From: Phoronis australis
Lineage: Eukaryota; Animalia; Phoronida
Length of the DNA stretch: 64,000 nucleotides
Assembly: GCA_002633005.1 (NCBI GenBank)
Contig: NMRA01000123.1
Location: 47,666-111,665 of the forward strand
Direction: 5' to 3'
A program made the translations under genes and the position numbers. The notes beneath the pieces are model-generated. The model made no database searches and had not been told where the DNA came from. It was given only the letters and a program-made list of their open reading frames with translations. Position 1 is the stretch's first letter; every line of letters starts with the position of its first letter. Of this stretch, positions 60,285 to 64,000 are shown in pieces.

Positions 60285-63200
60285 ACTCTGGTTCACACTC
60301 ACCACTTGTATGGTACAGCAATTTGATATTGACTGAGGGCTGGGATTGAATAACTTCCTTCTCAGCAAAGAGGCTGTTGTCTCTAGTGAGTGAAAGAAAA
60401 TACTTTAGTCTGAGTATGTAACACTTTTATTATGAACTTTGTTTGCTCTGTGCCTCAAGACATTATGTGTACTGGAAATAATGGCCCTTATAGATTGTGC
60501 TGTGAGATTGAGAATAGACTGCAATACATCAGAAAAAATCACTTCGGAACAGTTGCTACAATTGACGTTTTCTGATTTCACAGGCTTGTTACAATACAAA
60601 ACCCAAGAATTTTGCAAAAATATTATTTGGCCACAGCAGTGCAGCACACACCATATATTGTTTTTGTTTCTCCACTTCTGTCAAAATTATTTGAAGACTG
60701 AAAAAATTGCACCATTCTTCTTATTCAAAGATGAAGATCACTATAACTCAAAAAATAACTGTTGTTTTACAACATGACAGTTTCTTAGTCTTCAATGTCT
60801 TGATATCAGGGTTAAATGTCATACCCAGTCCTCTTTGAAAAATGTTCAAAAACGCCCAACAATTCTACTCAAATGATGAAAAATTCCCCTTGAGGATGAG
60901 GTTAGAATCTTTTCTGTAAATCTTAGCTTTAGCTGTGTGAGACACTGGAATTGGTGGTGGTCGGGGTGAGGGGGAGATACACAAATTAGCGGTGACAGAA
61001 ATGGGCACTATACTGAAGAATGTGACAGTAAGTGACTGACATTTTGTAGGTTAAGACCACCTATCAGTAAAAACATTGTACTGTAGTCATGGCTTACAAC
61101 CAACAACTATTTGTGATGGAAATCATGCAGAGACAGTTGTGCAGCTTCAAAGCTATAAAAACATTGTGTAACATTGATTTCAAGCATTGATAAGCCACTG
61201 AGTTACCTAGAAATGAATGAGAAGGTATATTTGATTCCTGCCAAGGGTATGTCAAAAATTCTTCAGTTTGGACACAATACAGATACACAGGCGAAATTTC
61301 ATTTCCTTAAATTTTTCAACAAAAATAGCTTTATCAGGAAAATATACTTTGTTTTTGCATGGTTTGTTTAGTGTAGCTATGACATTTGGAAAATTTTTGA
61401 GCATTTGCAACAACGTGGCAAGGCTATGAAAAACAGAAATTTAGCAATTTTAGCGTTTTCATCTGAAACTGATTTTTTAGTGTAATCAGGGTTTGGATTG
61501 ACAGGTGATGTATCGTTCCACAAATAAATAGGCTTCTGTGATAGAAATTGGAAGTTCTAAATATTTTTTGAAGTGTAATAGTTTCAATAGTTAAATAGAG
61601 CTGAAAAAAGAGGAAACTAGAAATCAAATATGAGGAAATCCAAATAAAAATTAGGAAATCCTCTTTAAAGAGGAAAATTCCAAGCCCTGTGTAATTATGG
61701 ACCACTAACAGAAACACTTCCAAATGTTAGGCAATTAAATTCATGAACTTTTGACCCCCAGTACCATAGACCACACTCCATAGAACAACCAATACTCACT
61801 CATTTCAAAATCAAGGGTAATTCTTCACCTATTGAGAAATTGTCAATATAGCAAACAAGTGAAAATCATCTTGTCACATTTTCCAACAAAAATAACTTAG
61901 ATTCAGAAAATATTACTGTTTTATAGCGGGCTGGCTGTGTAGATGACAAAATAACCTTTGAAGGAATATCTAGCAGCAACGAGCCTTTGCACAATAACAA
62001 TTTTGGAAATTATTTTTGCCAGTGTGCAAAACAAGAAAAAAATAACGATAGTTAACCCCTCAAGTAAGATGGGTGAGTTGATAACTGTTGTATGAGAGCT
62101 GTCAGGAGCCACCTAGTAGTAAGATGTACTGTAGCAGGAAAAGACAGCAATGACACGGCACACAACTTGTATGTAATTCATTTATACCTCCCAAAAGGGT
62201 GGATATAACGGTCGCACACCATACAAACTCACCAATTGAGGGCACAGTATGGCTGACAAGTGAAAAATATACTAAAAATTTCAAAGCAAGTAGCACTGAA
62301 TTAAATGGTTTTTTTTTAATTTTTTTAGTTTGAAACCATATAAAGGTAGTTACCATGATAGAATTTTTTTTGAGAATGTTGGATATATTCAAAACAATGT
62401 AATTAAAAGCCTTTGAGACATTGGAAAAAATCAAAGTCGTGACATTGCAAAAGCAACAGAACAGGGAACACGAATTCACGACTTGTCACAAGAAAATCAA
62501 CCCATTTTACAGCATCGTGTATTCCAATTCTCAAAAGATTTCTACAACAACCACTGACATCATCATTTCTCCTGATCACTGATAACACTAATCTAAGTTC
62601 CTTTTGTGTGGAGCAGAACAATTATAACATTAGCAATGAATTTACAGCAATTGTCTGGAATAAATCGCAACATCGCACTGTGAAACTTGTTATTTAGTAA
62701 ATATTTTGCACCGAAATTGACTTGAATGAAATAAAGGCTAGGTTTATTAGTAACAATATTTGGCTAAAAATATTTAAATTCGAGAAATTTGTTAATCAGT
62801 TATGCAATATTTCAACACCTAGAACACACATGTTCACTTCAATGTATTCAAAATTAGTAAATAATTAACATGGGGGTCATGGTTCAAGAGGGTTAGAGTG
62901 ATATCTGGATTTTAAAATGGATGTCGTCTGGACTTGGAATCAAATGTGGAAAGTTATGGAAGCAAAGCTAAGGGACTTTCACACACGAAAGCCTGTATTA
63001 GGGTATAACGCATGGATCTTTATCACACAAACACCACCTGCTGATGAGATGTCAAAAAGACATCCACCAGGTAGCGAAAGTGGCTCGTCTACATGTCAGC
63101 TCAGCAAAAACTGCCAAACAACATGCAGTAAAAATCGATGATAGTTTATGAGTCCTCCACTCAAAAGTAATTAGTCAAGAGACAATTTACTAGAATGGGA

Positions 63201-63850
63201 AGCATAAGAAGACATCATAAGCAGAAACGATTGCTTGTTGCCCAAAATTACATGATATAAAGATAACTGGGAAAGGATATCAGTAAGATACTGCAATACA
63301 TGCCACTGTTGGTCTTACAGAATATGTTGTCAAACACAGGAATATTCATTAGCACTCAGGCTGCTGCACGTGCTCTGGGTTCCCCTCTCTGGGTATGACG
63401 CACAGTCATATAAAGACTCTCTAAAATTGCTTGCCAAGTGAGATATTGCCTCTTGGCGTAACGGTTTGGAGGCATGACCTTCACGCTGACAACCCATGTT
63501 TGATACTCACACTAGGCACTCAACAACAGGGAAATCCATGCATGATCGGTGGAAAATCTCAAAAGACTGAAAATGAGTGAAAAATGCCCCCCCCTCAAAT
63601 TGACTCCTCCCCAAAAGCAGGGACCCTACCCCACACAACTGAGAAAAGTGTTGTGAACTTTGAATCTGGATCCAGGTGTGACATGCAATCCTATGATCTG
63701 ATGAGAGTGAGACTCTAGACTAGTTCGTCTAGTGAGAGGGCACTGGACACCAAACGAGTAACTCGCAACTCAGCTCAAGTGATGCGACCAGTTTGCCTGT
63801 AAGTTATGTGTACCACTATCGCAATTCTGTGTTATTAACTAGTTACTTAC

Positions 63851-63990
63851 CGCCCCTATATCCAGGGAAACAAACTCGACAAAATACTGGTTTCTGAACC
63901 TACAGGTGTTTTCTCCGCCTTCAGTTCGCAAACACGGAAGTGACATTCGAGAGTTTGCGATCGTGACAATAGATGGCAGCAATACCCAAT
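63851..63990 (-). promoter_or_regulatory. Probable promoter and non-coding first exon of the minus-strand GPI-protein gene
   Basis: Strong minus-strand donor GCG/gtaagt at 63850, ETS motif CGGAAGTG near 63935, CpG-richer context, YY1-like AGATGGC near 63971. Confidence 0.45.
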
Positions 63991-64000
63991 TCAGTGACGC

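Noticed and set aside
60302-60382. Possible selenocysteine exon (LC-TGA-EG, TGA at 60362-60364, minus strand)
   Set aside because: A cleaner model (ATG at 60284 plus exon 58509-58569) completes the gene without readthrough, and I saw no SECIS-like stem in the part of the 3'UTR I inspected.

Overview
AT-rich, intron-rich animal genomic scaffold (probably a heterozygous marine bilaterian invertebrate; inferred from the gene content, repeats and haplotype-overlap artefacts). The short ORF track is mostly noise, so genes were rebuilt by hand from GT-AG junctions and reading-frame phase. (1) A complete minus-strand KDM7/PHF8/PHF2-family PHD-JmjC histone demethylase: 20 coding exons, 43569 to 20767, 896 aa. 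It has a candidate in-frame 147-nt cassette exon exactly in the PHD-JmjC linker. (2) The 3' part of a plus-strand gene (11183-15249) encoding NtA/NTR-like + VWC + Thr/Pro stalk + GPI-like tail. (3) A complete minus-strand 7-exon gene (60284 to 51062, 215 aa) for an unrecognised secreted, GPI-anchored 8-Cys protein with 29- and 43-nt micro-exons. Introns and intergenic DNA hold several MITEs, a DINE-1/HINE-like element carrying a phased array of CTCF-consensus motifs, a 147-nt hairpin rich in tandem G.A mismatches, minisatellites built from splice sites, and three allelic duplications around single-N joins.
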